Made by a program: the position numbers and the translations under genes | Shown: positions 53,830 through 63,126 of the stretch, in pieces | How positions within the stretch are numbered: the stretch's first letter is position 1 | Layout: every line of letters starts with the position of its first letter | Notes under the pieces: model-generated | What the model was told of the DNA's origin: nothing | The model's input: only the letters and a program-made list of their open reading frames with translations | The model's database searches: none | Virus record (IMG/VR): IMGVR_UViG_3300044701_002789 | Span: 124,001-188,000 of that record | Direction: 5' to 3' (one strand) | Length of the DNA: 64,000 nt

Positions 53830-54231
53830 TTATGTTTCCATTGCTTTATATTCAATGGGGGCAATTCTCAAATTATGAAGAATGCCCTTAGACCCTTCGT
53901 TTTTATACCATAAATTCCAAGCAGAATAACCATTAGGAGGTTCTCCTTCAATTCTACAGTTAAACATACTTGGTGAAATTTCTGTATCTTCTTGAATTTC
54001 AACATCTTTTGATTGTGCTGCTTCATAACCTGCTTTGAAACCTACCCACCTTGTCTCATCATAATTGCACCAAGGTTCAGTTCCAGGATATTTACCCCAC
54101 CACTGTTTATATTCCTCCTCTATTGGAGTTTTATGAGTTTCAATTTCTTCCAGTAAAGATAGTTTTGCTTCCAGAACTTTGATTTGCTGCTTTACTTGTT
54201 CAATTTCTTTAGTCATTTGAGTACAGGTCAT
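53830..54231 (-). CDS. Hypothetical protein
   Basis: Coiled-coil N-terminus. Confidence 0.7.
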   Translation of the reverse strand: MTCTQMTKEIEQVKQQIKVLEAKLSLLEEIETHKTPIEEEYKQWWGKYPGTEPWCNYDETRWVGFKAGYEAAQSKDVEIQEDTEISPSMFNCRIEGEPPNGYSAWNLWYKNEGSKGILHNLRIAPIEYKAMET

Positions 54232-54620
54232 TCTTCTTCTTCGTTATAACATTTTACCAATTTTTCTTCTATCCATCTAAAAATATCATTATCCATATTT
54301 TTATCAATTTTTTCAATCGTAAAGTAAGAAGGAGAATTATCAATATGATACTGTCTCCAAAGAACTTTGTGGTCTTTAACTGCTTCTTGATTTACAGAAA
54401 TCACATATTCTACTCGGGGAATCAAAATATCATCAATAAATTTTCGTTTAGAAACTTTAATATTATCTGGATTATCCAGAATATGTTTTTCTGGTGGTAC
54501 TGCTTTTAGTTGATATTCCCTCTTATCAAGTAGTCTTTGAAGATTATTTACTTCTTCAAGAGTGAGTTGTGAGATAATATCTTGATTTTTTAAGATTTGT
54601 TCGTAGTTAGGTTCATTCAT
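54228..54620 (-). CDS. Hypothetical protein
   Basis: Coupled ORF. Confidence 0.7.
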   Translation of the reverse strand: MNEPNYEQILKNQDIISQLTLEEVNNLQRLLDKREYQLKAVPPEKHILDNPDNIKVSKRKFIDDILIPRVEYVISVNQEAVKDHKVLWRQYHIDNSPSYFTIEKIDKNMDNDIFRWIEEKLVKCYNEEEE

Positions 54621-55128
54621 TTGGAATTACCATTTGTGTTTTAGAGATACTTACAATCATTTTATCATCATCTTCTTCAATCACATCACAATATTCATAA
54701 AGATAATTTACAAAGTTTTCTGCGTTAGTTTCAATTTGAATTTGAATTTCTGTATCCACCAAATCTGGATTCCATTCACCATACGCACACTGAATAAGAA
54801 ATTCATAGATCGTGGGTGTTTTTTCTTTCAATACCTTCTTATATTCTACTCCCTCAATCTTCACAGTATTTTCGTCAATCACCTCCAACATTGGATAATC
54901 TGCATTCTGCATTAGAACCTTCCAGTTATTAATTTGGAGTTTATTGACTTCTTCTTTCATTTTGTTCTCCACTGCTTCATTTGTGTTTCTCTGTGCGTCT
55001 TTCATTTCTTTGAGTTGATATTCTCTCTGATTAAGATAATCTTTAAGTTTGCCTATGACTTTTGCTTTTTCTTCTATTTCAAGTTGTAGTTCCTTGATTT
55101 CACATTCAAAGTCTCTTTTAGTAATCAT
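54613..55128 (-). CDS. Coiled-coil protein
   Basis: Coupled ORF. Confidence 0.7.
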   Translation of the reverse strand: MITKRDFECEIKELQLEIEEKAKVIGKLKDYLNQREYQLKEMKDAQRNTNEAVENKMKEEVNKLQINNWKVLMQNADYPMLEVIDENTVKIEGVEYKKVLKEKTPTIYEFLIQCAYGEWNPDLVDTEIQIQIETNAENFVNYLYEYCDVIEEDDDKMIVSISKTQMVIPNE

Positions 55129-55445
55129 TCCCTTAACCTCGTCTTTAGTTCTACAACACAATCATTCCATCCCTCGATATATGAAGAATAGGATTGAAAC
55201 TGTTTAGGGAACATTTCAACCTCAACTCTATCCAAAATATTTTCAAGAATTTCTAATCGCACCTCACCATTATGCGCAATCATACACTCTATGATAATTC
55301 GTTCAAGTGTGATGGGAATTTCATTGAGTTGTTGTTCTTTTCGTTCAAGAGCAGTTTTGAGTTGATTGATTTTTCTTGTATGTTCATCAATTTCATTTTG
55401 TAGGTCTTGGATTTCACATACCAAGTCGTCTTTTTGGTTAGTCAT
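55125..55445 (-). CDS. Coiled-coil protein
   Basis: Coupled ORF. Confidence 0.7.
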   Translation of the reverse strand: MTNQKDDLVCEIQDLQNEIDEHTRKINQLKTALERKEQQLNEIPITLERIIIECMIAHNGEVRLEILENILDRVEVEMFPKQFQSYSSYIEGWNDCVVELKTRLRE

Positions 55446-55705
55446 TCTGCCTTCATAGTATTATTAATTTGTGGTGTTCCGGGCATAAGAGTAATACCAG
55501 TATCAAGTCCAGGTTTACAAGGAAAAGCACCTAAATGAGTATAATGAGGAGGTGAATAAACCAAAGGACTTCTACTCAAATACTCTTCAATAATATCACA
55601 CTCCCACCCATCGTAATGTTGCTTTCCATACTGAATGCAATCTTCTCTTGTGAGAAATGAACAAACATAGGTTTTTCCTTCGTAATAAAGTGAATAAACT
55701 TTCAT
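55442..55705 (-). CDS. Hypothetical protein
   Basis: Coupled ORF. Confidence 0.65.
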   Translation of the reverse strand: MKVYSLYYEGKTYVCSFLTREDCIQYGKQHYDGWECDIIEEYLSRSPLVYSPPHYTHLGAFPCKPGLDTGITLMPGTPQINNTMKAE

Positions 55706-55869
55706 CGTACTCCTCCATCAAAAAGATTTCTAAGTTCGTTATAGATAAGCACCAGTTCTTTATCTGGTGTTAGACATCCACTGTCTTTTTCAGTTCGTAG
55801 AAGTTGATAGAGTTCTTTTGTTTGTTGCTCTGTGAATTCAATTGTGTAGTTGATTTGTTTTTTAATCAT
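55702..55869 (-). CDS. Hypothetical protein, 55 aa (resembles 30584)
   Basis: Hand-translated. Confidence 0.6.
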   Translation of the reverse strand: MIKKQINYTIEFTEQQTKELYQLLRTEKDSGCLTPDKELVLIYNELRNLFDGGVR

Positions 55870-56189
55870 TATGGTTCCAGTAGTGGTGGGTTGGGGTCTC
55901 TTGGGGGAAGTTCTAAATCTTTCTCTGTAAGTTCAATATATTCTACTGTTGGTTTTCTTTTTGTAATAATATCTTGTTTAATAAAATAAATTGCCCACTC
56001 TAATGATTTGAATTCTCTATGTGCGTCTATACATACCCAGAATAAACCAAGAAACTTATGTTGAGGATAGTAGATAATCTCACCATTCTCATATTGATAT
56101 TTTAGAACACGATAGTTTTTTAATACATCATCTTCTGGTAAGAAATCTTCACGGATAATCCTGGGTTTTGGTGGTTCAGGTTTCTTCAT
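55869..56189 (-). CDS. Hypothetical protein
   Basis: Coupled ORF. Confidence 0.7.
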   Translation of the reverse strand: MKKPEPPKPRIIREDFLPEDDVLKNYRVLKYQYENGEIIYYPQHKFLGLFWVCIDAHREFKSLEWAIYFIKQDIITKRKPTVEYIELTEKDLELPPRDPNPPLLEP

Positions 56190-56362
56190 CGGTCTCTTTC
56201 CATAATCTTTTCACCAATATCATAAGATAAAACAATTACAGTAGCAATTGGAACACACCACCAAACTGAAAGTCCTGTGAGTGCTGCAAGTCCATTAACA
56301 ACCACATAATAAATCGGGTATTTAAGTATAAAAGAAATAAAGTAGTTCATAAAATTACTCAT
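56186..56362 (-). CDS. Small membrane protein
   Basis: Two hydrophobic segments. Confidence 0.65.
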   Translation of the reverse strand: MSNFMNYFISFILKYPIYYVVVNGLAALTGLSVWWCVPIATVIVLSYDIGEKIMERDR

Positions 56363-56613
56363 TGTCCAGGGATACCAAAGTCTGCAGGAGATGGAACCTT
56401 TCCACAAAGATTGTCAATAAAGATTGCATCCATATCTCCAGTCTTAGAACTTCTACATTTTGCAATAGTTTCAAGTGCCTTTTGATATGCTGCAAACCTT
56501 TGTGCGTCTGTAATATGACCTGCTACAAACATTCCTCCTCCAAGAAATAACCCTAAACTCAAAATCATAATAGGAACATCAAAGTACTTAATAAGGTCTT
56601 TCATTGGTTTCAA
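56359..56613 (-). CDS. Small membrane protein (paralog of 51485)
   Basis: Shared motif. Confidence 0.7.
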   Translation of the reverse strand: MKPMKDLIKYFDVPIMILSLGLFLGGGMFVAGHITDAQRFAAYQKALETIAKCRSSKTGDMDAIFIDNLCGKVPSPADFGIPGQ

Positions 56614-56697
56614 GAAGGTAAAAGGTCAAGAAGAATTGCAAACTCCCAGCACAGGAGAATTGTTGTAAAGGCAGTAAAGAGATTAGTACGGGTCATT

Positions 56698-56946
56698 TCA
56701 GTTATTAAGAAAAGACGCAAAGGTAATAGAAAACACAATAACAATCATCGTAATTAGAAATCTATGGTCAAGAAGGAACATTGTGAAAGTTCTGGGAACC
56801 CATCCACTGAAGTTCTCATCACACAGATGATTTGGATACTTTCTTACCATCCAACATTTCTCCCCAGAAAGAATGCAGTAGTCAAAACTTGCTCCATCGT
56901 GAATTTCACAGTGAGCACAAGTCCTGCAGTTTTTAATTTCAATCAT
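56698..56946 (-). CDS. Cys-rich membrane-anchored protein (paralog of 51727)
   Basis: Shared motif. Confidence 0.75.
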   Translation of the reverse strand: MIEIKNCRTCAHCEIHDGASFDYCILSGEKCWMVRKYPNHLCDENFSGWVPRTFTMFLLDHRFLITMIVIVFSITFASFLNN

Positions 56947-57205
56947 TTTTAATAAGAGTTCGTAGGTCTTGTCCGTATCGGGTTCCTTTAGGGTCTGGAA
57001 GTAGTGAATTGTTTGCAAGAATATCACAAACAATAGTTCTTTCTGGGTCTCTCATATAAATTTGAACTTTCTGAAGAAGTTCCCACCTTGACTTGTTAAA
57101 TCTCAAACTATTTTCAAGTCTTTTTATTTGTTTATCTTGTATTTGTTGAATTTCCTTATCAAGTTCAATTATTTTATTGAGGTGTTCAAGAAGTTCTTTA
57201 CTCAT
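56939..57205 (-). CDS. Hypothetical protein
   Basis: Coupled ORF. Confidence 0.7.
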   Translation of the reverse strand: MSKELLEHLNKIIELDKEIQQIQDKQIKRLENSLRFNKSRWELLQKVQIYMRDPERTIVCDILANNSLLPDPKGTRYGQDLRTLIKND

Positions 57206-57435
57206 TTCTCAAGTTCCCAGATAATTTGTTTAATGTCTCTCACATCAATCACGAAATCAACCCCATACTCATCATCTTCATCCTCATCAATCTCATAAAC
57301 CTCTTTGAATTGAATAATCAGTTCTTTGAGAACATTCGCAACCGCATCTCTATCTACACCTCCTAATCTTACTTCATCAATGTCTATGTAGTATGCTTGC
57401 ATTAAATCTTGTGCAATATCTTTCCATCCTTTCAT
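57202..57435 (-). CDS. Hypothetical helical protein
   Basis: Coupled ORF. Confidence 0.7.
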   Translation of the reverse strand: MKGWKDIAQDLMQAYYIDIDEVRLGGVDRDAVANVLKELIIQFKEVYEIDEDEDDEYGVDFVIDVRDIKQIIWELEK

Positions 57436-57689
57436 TGTTTCAACTCCCGATACTTAAGTGCAAAGTGTTTGTAAATACCCATAGCAATATGTTCCATATA
57501 ATCTGTATGAAGATACATAGGAATTTTAAGATTTGCACAGAATGTTTGTGCGTTTGACCTCAACAGACAATTTCCAATATCTCCTTCTTGTTTCCATTCT
57601 TTATAGTCATCAATCATATCCCATAAAGTTTCTTCGTTTCCATTGTCTGCGAAGTGTTTTACAAATCCGTCAATGGTGTAGTATTTCAT
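57432..57689 (-). CDS. Hypothetical protein
   Basis: Coupled ORF. Confidence 0.7.
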   Translation of the reverse strand: MKYYTIDGFVKHFADNGNEETLWDMIDDYKEWKQEGDIGNCLLRSNAQTFCANLKIPMYLHTDYMEHIAMGIYKHFALKYRELKQ

Positions 57690-57916
57690 TGAGGTTCTCC
57701 AACAAGTCCAGTAGGATAAGAACTATTCAGGTATTCAACATTAACACGACTTTCCCAACCATCTTCGTATCCTTCATTATAGATTTCATTAGCAAACCTC
57801 AAAAGTTGTTCTCTGGTTGCTGCGAAATCAGTGGGAGAATTCAGTTCATCGTCATCAGCAATCAATACTTCAAGATGTTCTCGGGCAAGTTCAAGAATTC
57901 GTTCGTTGGTAATCAT
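57686..57916 (-). CDS. Hypothetical protein
   Basis: Own dyad promoter 57942-58000. Confidence 0.7.
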   Translation of the reverse strand: MITNERILELAREHLEVLIADDDELNSPTDFAATREQLLRFANEIYNEGYEDGWESRVNVEYLNSSYPTGLVGEPQ

Positions 57917-58000
57917 CGTGAGGTTTTTGTGTCTGTTTCCTTATGATACCACAAAATCCACCACCTCTCAAGAGGCAGTGTGCCAGTTAGTCAGGTGTCT

Positions 58001-58222
58001 TCAGTCATTTTTCTTTCCATGTCGTTCATTAAACTCTTTTTGTTTTTTGACTAACTCTTGTTTTCTAAATTCTAATACTGCTGCTTTAAATCCGATAGAA
58101 AAGTATGCAAAATCACTTGGTTTATTGCTATATTCTGTTTTTATTTCTTTCCAACTTTTCTCAATAATTATATCCATTTCTTCGTCCCAAATATAAGGGA
58201 ATACTGAATTATCACTTGTCAT
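58001..58222 (-). CDS. Hypothetical protein
   Basis: Co-directional ORF. Confidence 0.6.
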   Translation of the reverse strand: MTSDNSVFPYIWDEEMDIIIEKSWKEIKTEYSNKPSDFAYFSIGFKAAVLEFRKQELVKKQKEFNERHGKKND

Positions 58223-58435
58223 TTTCCTAAAACTCCTGCAATAATCGCAACTAATAACCAAGTGACACCCACACTACCTAAAAAACTTCTATCATCTTTA
58301 TTACAAAGTGCAATGAACATAGAAGAAAGTAATAAGCAAAATTGAAAATAAGTCATATAATAACGTTGGTGATGTTTTCATAAAGTTTGTCTTCTTTATA
58401 ATAATAATCTAATTGTTTTAGAAAATTTGGGTCAG

Positions 58436-58624
58436 TCATTCTTGTAAGTTCATTTCGTTTCCAGTCATACCATAGTTCAAATAGTAAAAGAATTGTATTC
58501 TCAATCTATCTGGATTTTTGAAACCATCTAAATGAGGATACATAGTTCCTCTCCAAGTGTATAAACAATACTCAAAAACACTAATAGATGTTTGAATAGT
58601 CCATTTATGTTTTATCGGTTTCAT
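58436..58624 (-). CDS. Hypothetical protein
   Basis: Co-directional ORF. Confidence 0.6.
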   Translation of the reverse strand: MKPIKHKWTIQTSISVFEYCLYTWRGTMYPHLDGFKNPDRLRIQFFYYLNYGMTGNEMNLQE

Positions 58625-58961
58625 CTTTTACCTCCGGTAGTTTGATTGCCCAATGAGGCAACCAGTGTGTGTAATGGTGTGGATAATCATTCCTCTTATT
58701 AACTTCACGAATACTATGAATTCCTCCCATATCTCCACATAAACTCTCATAACATTCCTTCATTTCATCCCACCACCAACAAGAACCACATTCATCCAAA
58801 TCAGTATGGTGTGGTTCTCTATCTTCTAAGGCAATTGGTTCTGGGTTTCCCCAACGATTAAGTGCTTCACGAATAGTATTTCTAACTTCAGGATAAAGAT
58901 TGTAATAACCTCCAATCTCATCCCAAAGTTCATCAAGTTGTTCGTCAGTTGAGTTAGTCAT
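58605..58961 (-). CDS. Hypothetical protein
   Basis: C-terminal YTHWLP motif as in DUF551-like phage proteins. Confidence 0.7.
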   Translation of the reverse strand: MTNSTDEQLDELWDEIGGYYNLYPEVRNTIREALNRWGNPEPIALEDREPHHTDLDECGSCWWWDEMKECYESLCGDMGGIHSIREVNKRNDYPHHYTHWLPHWAIKLPEVKDETDKT

Positions 58962-59157
58962 TTACTCCCTCCCTTGCTTTGCGTGCAGCATCAAAAAGTT
59001 CCCGAAGTCGTTGCGACCTTTCATCTCGTTTCTTGACTTGTTCTGGGTCATTATACCACGCACTATCCTTTCCGTGCAAGGGGCAATCTGGATTGAGGTT
59101 TTGAGTGTTGGAGGTTTTGGTTCCTATTTGAATGTAGGAACAGGTACATTTAGTCAT
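58954..59157 (-). CDS. Hypothetical protein
   Basis: CTC...CPLHG. Confidence 0.7.
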   Translation of the reverse strand: MTKCTCSYIQIGTKTSNTQNLNPDCPLHGKDSAWYNDPEQVKKRDERSQRLRELFDAARKAREGVND

Positions 59158-59158
59158 T

Positions 59159-59365
59159 TCATCTATACCTCAAATAAGTGTTCCAAGCATTTGCAGTAAT
59201 ACGATTTTGAATTTCTTTAGATAACTTATGTCCCATCTTATCTAATGTTTCTTGAGTTATGATGTCGTTTTCCAACTCATAAGCAGATGCAAACTTTAGA
59301 TACGACTGATACTCTTCTTCATTAAAAACTTGAGATGGAATTAGACCACCATAATATACAGTCAT
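59159..59365 (-). CDS. Hypothetical protein
   Basis: Coupled ORF. Confidence 0.7.
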   Translation of the reverse strand: MTVYYGGLIPSQVFNEEEYQSYLKFASAYELENDIITQETLDKMGHKLSKEIQNRITANAWNTYLRYR

Positions 59366-59592
59366 TCTTCCACTTCAATCTCAATAATTTCATAACTTCT
59401 CCTACAGCATTTATCTACATATTCCTTTGCTTCTTCGTAAGTCTCACCCTGTAGCATTCTTTGTTCAATCAAATAAGCATCCTTTTGTTTGTTTTTTATA
59501 TCTAATGCTTCTTGTGCTTTATCCTTATGAAGAGTAGCAAATTCAATATGATAACCTAAATCAACATTATCAACCACGGCATAGATTTTCAT
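59362..59592 (-). CDS. Hypothetical protein (paralog of 49286)
   Basis: Shared motif. Confidence 0.7.
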   Translation of the reverse strand: MKIYAVVDNVDLGYHIEFATLHKDKAQEALDIKNKQKDAYLIEQRMLQGETYEEAKEYVDKCCRRSYEIIEIEVEE

Positions 59593-59846
59593 TCTTCCAC
59601 CTTTACATAAACAACATCATTATAATCATCATTACCCTCATCATCAGGACCTTCAAAATACCAATCACAAAATTTTGGATTTTTTCTATTGATAGAGGGA
59701 AAACGACTTTCCATTTCCCAAATCTTATCTTTGATTTGCTGATAAGTTCCTTCTAAAATATAGAGTTTATTTTTAGCAAAAGTTGAACTATCTTGCGGTC
59801 CAGCACCAGAAGCACCATCGTCTTTGTAAATAATGTAGAGTTTCAT
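59589..59846 (-). CDS. Hypothetical protein
   Basis: Coupled ORF. Confidence 0.7.
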   Translation of the reverse strand: MKLYIIYKDDGASGAGPQDSSTFAKNKLYILEGTYQQIKDKIWEMESRFPSINRKNPKFCDWYFEGPDDEGNDDYNDVVYVKVEE

Positions 59847-59855
59847 TTTAGTTCC

Positions 59856-60080
59856 TCAAATAATAAAAACATCTCTTTTAGGTCCAAGGTTCTTATGATA
59901 CTGAACAAATGCTTCTTTGAGTTCTTTACTATCATAGACACTCTCCCAACTTTCACACATCAAAACCTCCCAGTTCTCAAAGTGTTCGTCAGTCCTATAC
60001 CACAGAAACTCTGGGTCATCTACATCCTCATCCAGTTCCACATAATAAGTGATTTCTTTAGATACATTTTTGATTTTCAT
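59856..60080 (-). CDS. Hypothetical protein
   Basis: Coupled ORF. Confidence 0.7.
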   Translation of the reverse strand: MKIKNVSKEITYYVELDEDVDDPEFLWYRTDEHFENWEVLMCESWESVYDSKELKEAFVQYHKNLGPKRDVFII

Positions 60081-60373
60081 TCGTAAGCACTCCACTCACC
60101 GTTCAAGATTTCCCAGAAGTCCCATTCTTCACCTCTCATATGTCCTTTCCAGTTTCTAAAGTTATCTATACAATCCTTGAAACCCCATTTGATATTCCAT
60201 AGAACCCGTTGAAGTGCATTTTGGTTCTTGTAGTCAGTAAGTACCTTGTATGCATCCGGGTGCATTAGAATAGAAGTAAGTTGTTCATCAACTGACTGTT
60301 TAATATTTTTAATCAGTTCATCTTTTATGAGTTGTTCCAAGTCAATGTTTTTTAGTTCTTCTGGGTCAGTCAT
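60077..60373 (-). CDS. Hypothetical protein
   Basis: Coupled ORF. Confidence 0.7.
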   Translation of the reverse strand: MTDPEELKNIDLEQLIKDELIKNIKQSVDEQLTSILMHPDAYKVLTDYKNQNALQRVLWNIKWGFKDCIDNFRNWKGHMRGEEWDFWEILNGEWSAYE

Positions 60374-60652
60374 TCAATACCTCTCATAACAAACAAACTC
60401 ATTGGGTTTAGTTGAATGATACCACCACTTATGTTTTGGGTGGTGATTTCTATAACACCAAGTTTTTTCAATAATTACTTCCGGAATATCCATCATTGTA
60501 GATTCGTGAATAGCATTTACATACTTTCGCATTCTCTTTGCCGACTGAAACCATTTTGTTCCTCTTTTACCATCATACCAAAAAGAAACCTCATAGGACA
60601 ATCTCCTTTTGATTTTCCGTTTCATAATGCTTTGTAGTTCTTCTGGGTTCAT
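60374..60652 (-). CDS. Hypothetical protein
   Basis: Coupled ORF. Confidence 0.65.
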   Translation of the reverse strand: MNPEELQSIMKRKIKRRLSYEVSFWYDGKRGTKWFQSAKRMRKYVNAIHESTMMDIPEVIIEKTWCYRNHHPKHKWWYHSTKPNEFVCYERY

Positions 60653-60855
60653 TTACTAAGAACTCCAATAATTTGATTAAACATCCAAGAAATTAAGAGT
60701 GCTTGTCCCCAAGAAAGAGAGAAGAATGCAACCAACCCCCAGGCAATCAAACCAACAATAATCAAAAATCCAATAAACTCTCCAATGAGTTCAGGAGTAG
60801 ATTTGATAAATCCTGTTTCTTGTAGTGCTCTAATGTATTTGTCTTTTAAGTTCAT
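60649..60855 (-). CDS. Small membrane protein
   Basis: Hydrophobic C-terminal half. Confidence 0.7.
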   Translation of the reverse strand: MNLKDKYIRALQETGFIKSTPELIGEFIGFLIIVGLIAWGLVAFFSLSWGQALLISWMFNQIIGVLSK

Positions 60856-60860
60856 TTCAT

Positions 60861-61058
60861 TTATTCTCCAAGTTTTTCACGAAGTTTCAGGAATTCATAC
60901 CTCTCTTTGCATTGTTCTGGTTTTTCAACACAAAGAACTACTGTTTTGTCCCGACCATCATAACCTCCAATGTGCCTACCGAAATTATACCAGGCACCAG
61001 AAAGAAGAACAAGTATCAAAATGGAAGGAAAAATCATCCAAGTATCATCGTTCATCAT
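60861..61058 (-). CDS. Small membrane protein
   Basis: N-terminal TM. Confidence 0.7.
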   Translation of the reverse strand: MMNDDTWMIFPSILILVLLSGAWYNFGRHIGGYDGRDKTVVLCVEKPEQCKERYEFLKLREKLGE

Positions 61059-61414
61059 TCAATCTCCAACAATTCTCGTTGCTCTAAAGTAAGAGACGCA
61101 ATCAGTGCCTTTCGTTTTTCTTCTTTGAGTTCTTTTTGTTCTTTTTGTTTTAGTTTTTCATCCAGCATACTAATCCAGGAGAGAACATCCCATCCACCAT
61201 ATCCATCACTTACATTATCTTTACTAACGAACACTTTTTCATAAGACCATCCACCAATCTCGTCAGCATACCAAGTTACTACAAATTCAATAAAATAACA
61301 ATTACACTCTGGGTCTTCATAAACTTCGTAATTAAGTCCAAGTCGTCGTGCTTTCTCAAGCATCTCAAGAATTTGTGTTGCGGTGATAGTCATAGGGGTT
61401 TCTGTGTTTCTCAT
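61055..61414 (-). CDS. Hypothetical protein
   Basis: Own promoter 61416-61472. Confidence 0.7.
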   Translation of the reverse strand: MRNTETPMTITATQILEMLEKARRLGLNYEVYEDPECNCYFIEFVVTWYADEIGGWSYEKVFVSKDNVSDGYGGWDVLSWISMLDEKLKQKEQKELKEEKRKALIASLTLEQRELLEIE

Positions 61415-61464
61415 AGTATTATAACACCCCACAGGAACCTGTGAGGTGCGGAGTGGACGGTTTC

Positions 61465-61929
61465 TTAAGTGGTTGGACTATATCTTTTAGACCAATCATA
61501 AGTTGGGTCATATTTCCAATTCTCTTGATATTGTTGAATTAATCTTGCAGTTTCAGTGATGAGTTCTTGAGTAATATGAGAATACTCACATTCTACAGGA
61601 ACCCAAGCATTAAATTCTTCTCCGTGAGGCAACCACCCTCTCCAGAGATTTTTTTCAATAAACTTTACACATTTCTCTCCATTTTCATTAAATGGTTGTT
61701 GTGAAAGATAATGAATTGCATCGTGTTCATACCAGGCAGTCATTCCTTCATCAGTTGTGATTTTAGATGAGACATTTTTGAAAACATCTCGGTTTGGTTT
61801 ATTTGTAATGTGATGAATTGAAAAGAAATACAAATCACCGAACAAACTGTTCTTATAAGTATTCTCTTTTATTGATTGAACTGAAATCACTTCAATCTCT
61901 TGTGCATATGTCTCACACATTTCGTCCAT
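61465..61929 (-). CDS. Hypothetical protein with HDxxH motif
   Basis: EHDAIHYL...GE. Confidence 0.65.
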   Translation of the reverse strand: MDEMCETYAQEIEVISVQSIKENTYKNSLFGDLYFFSIHHITNKPNRDVFKNVSSKITTDEGMTAWYEHDAIHYLSQQPFNENGEKCVKFIEKNLWRGWLPHGEEFNAWVPVECEYSHITQELITETARLIQQYQENWKYDPTYDWSKRYSPTT

Positions 61930-62150
61930 CCATCATAAGGTGGAGATTTGGGGTCTTCTTTAGGCATCCAGTCCCTTACAATTTTTACAATCTCACTCAC
62001 AATATCATGAGAAGATTGTATCGCATTATGAGTTTGATACCAGGTCATCAATTCTTCATAAAGTGTTGGAGGTTTGTTTTCTTCAAAGTATTCATCCATT
62101 ACACGGAGAATATCTTTCAATCTCTTGTCGTTTTCTTCTTCAGAAATCAT
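61887..62150 (-). CDS. Hypothetical protein
   Basis: Coupled ORF. Confidence 0.65.
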   Translation of the reverse strand: MISEEENDKRLKDILRVMDEYFEENKPPTLYEELMTWYQTHNAIQSSHDIVSEIVKIVRDWMPKEDPKSPPYDGWTKCVRHMHKRLK

Positions 62151-62334
62151 TATTTACTTTCCCCTGTAACATCTCATTAACTTTGGTGCATTCTTCTGGA
62201 GACAAATTGTATTTTCCATTTTCACTCCAAAACTCATTACTTCCATCATAAGAGTACATACCGTAAATGCAATGAACAAGATAAGAAATTTGATTTTTAT
62301 TTAGTGTAAGAGTAAAAGTTTCTTCTTCAGTCAT
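62140..62334 (-). CDS. Hypothetical protein
   Basis: Coupled ORF. Confidence 0.65.
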   Translation of the reverse strand: MTEEETFTLTLNKNQISYLVHCIYGMYSYDGSNEFWSENGKYNLSPEECTKVNEMLQGKVNNDF

Positions 62335-62478
62335 TTTTGTTCCTCCAGTTTTTCAATACGAGTTAGAATTTCTTTGAGTAATCCAATAAGACAATCATAG
62401 TCAATACTTTCAATATTATTCCCATCTTCCATATCAATATAATTAGAATAACAAAGTTCCTGCTTCAGATTTCGGTCG

Positions 62479-62688
62479 TCACTCATTTTTCAAAATCTCC
62501 ATAATAACATTTACACAATCAGGACAAGGAACCAATCGTCCTCCATTCATCACACTATAAGTTGCGTGGTCAATATCTTGGAATGGAATATCAAAATTAT
62601 GTAGTTTTTCTCCACACCAAGATGTTTTAAGTTTATCTGCGTGAGTGTGTTGAATGCACTTGATGTATTCTGGTCGGTTTTTACTCAT
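62479..62688 (-). CDS. Cys/His-rich small protein
   Basis: C..H...WCG...CPDC. Confidence 0.65.
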   Translation of the reverse strand: MSKNRPEYIKCIQHTHADKLKTSWCGEKLHNFDIPFQDIDHATYSVMNGGRLVPCPDCVNVIMEILKNE

Positions 62689-62866
62689 TTTTACCACCAT
62701 CAAAGTAATTAGTTGCGTTTAGTGTTTCCATTCTTACAATTTCCTCAAATGCTTCTCCAAGAGTATCAGCATATCCAGAGAATAGGTCAATGTGTTCAGG
62801 ACCAGTTTGTAAGTTCCACTGAAACCTACCAGTTCCAGTGCAATCTTGTTCTATTTGGATTTTCAT
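62681..62866 (-). CDS. Hypothetical protein
   Basis: Coupled ORF. Confidence 0.65.
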   Translation of the reverse strand: MKIQIEQDCTGTGRFQWNLQTGPEHIDLFSGYADTLGEAFEEIVRMETLNATNYFDGGKNE

Positions 62867-63126
62867 CTATCGCACCACTCTCGTAAATCTATAATGTCCC
62901 ACCAATCACAATTCCTATCACCATAAGTCCCACCCTTTACAACATAAGTTTCGTGAGTGGATTTGATTTCTCCTTTGTTTTTACCTTTGGTGTAATAGGT
63001 GTGATGTTGTTTGAATTCTATTTGTTCCTTTGCTTCTTCATAAGTTTCAAAACAGTCAATCCAATCACCAGTGCCTGATGAGGGATAGTAAGCATCTCCC
63101 GCAATAAGCAAAAATGGTTTTCTCAT
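62863..63126 (-). CDS. Hypothetical protein
   Basis: FLLIAGDAYYPSSGTGDW, common phage family. Confidence 0.7.
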   Translation of the reverse strand: MRKPFLLIAGDAYYPSSGTGDWIDCFETYEEAKEQIEFKQHHTYYTKGKNKGEIKSTHETYVVKGGTYGDRNCDWWDIIDLREWCDR

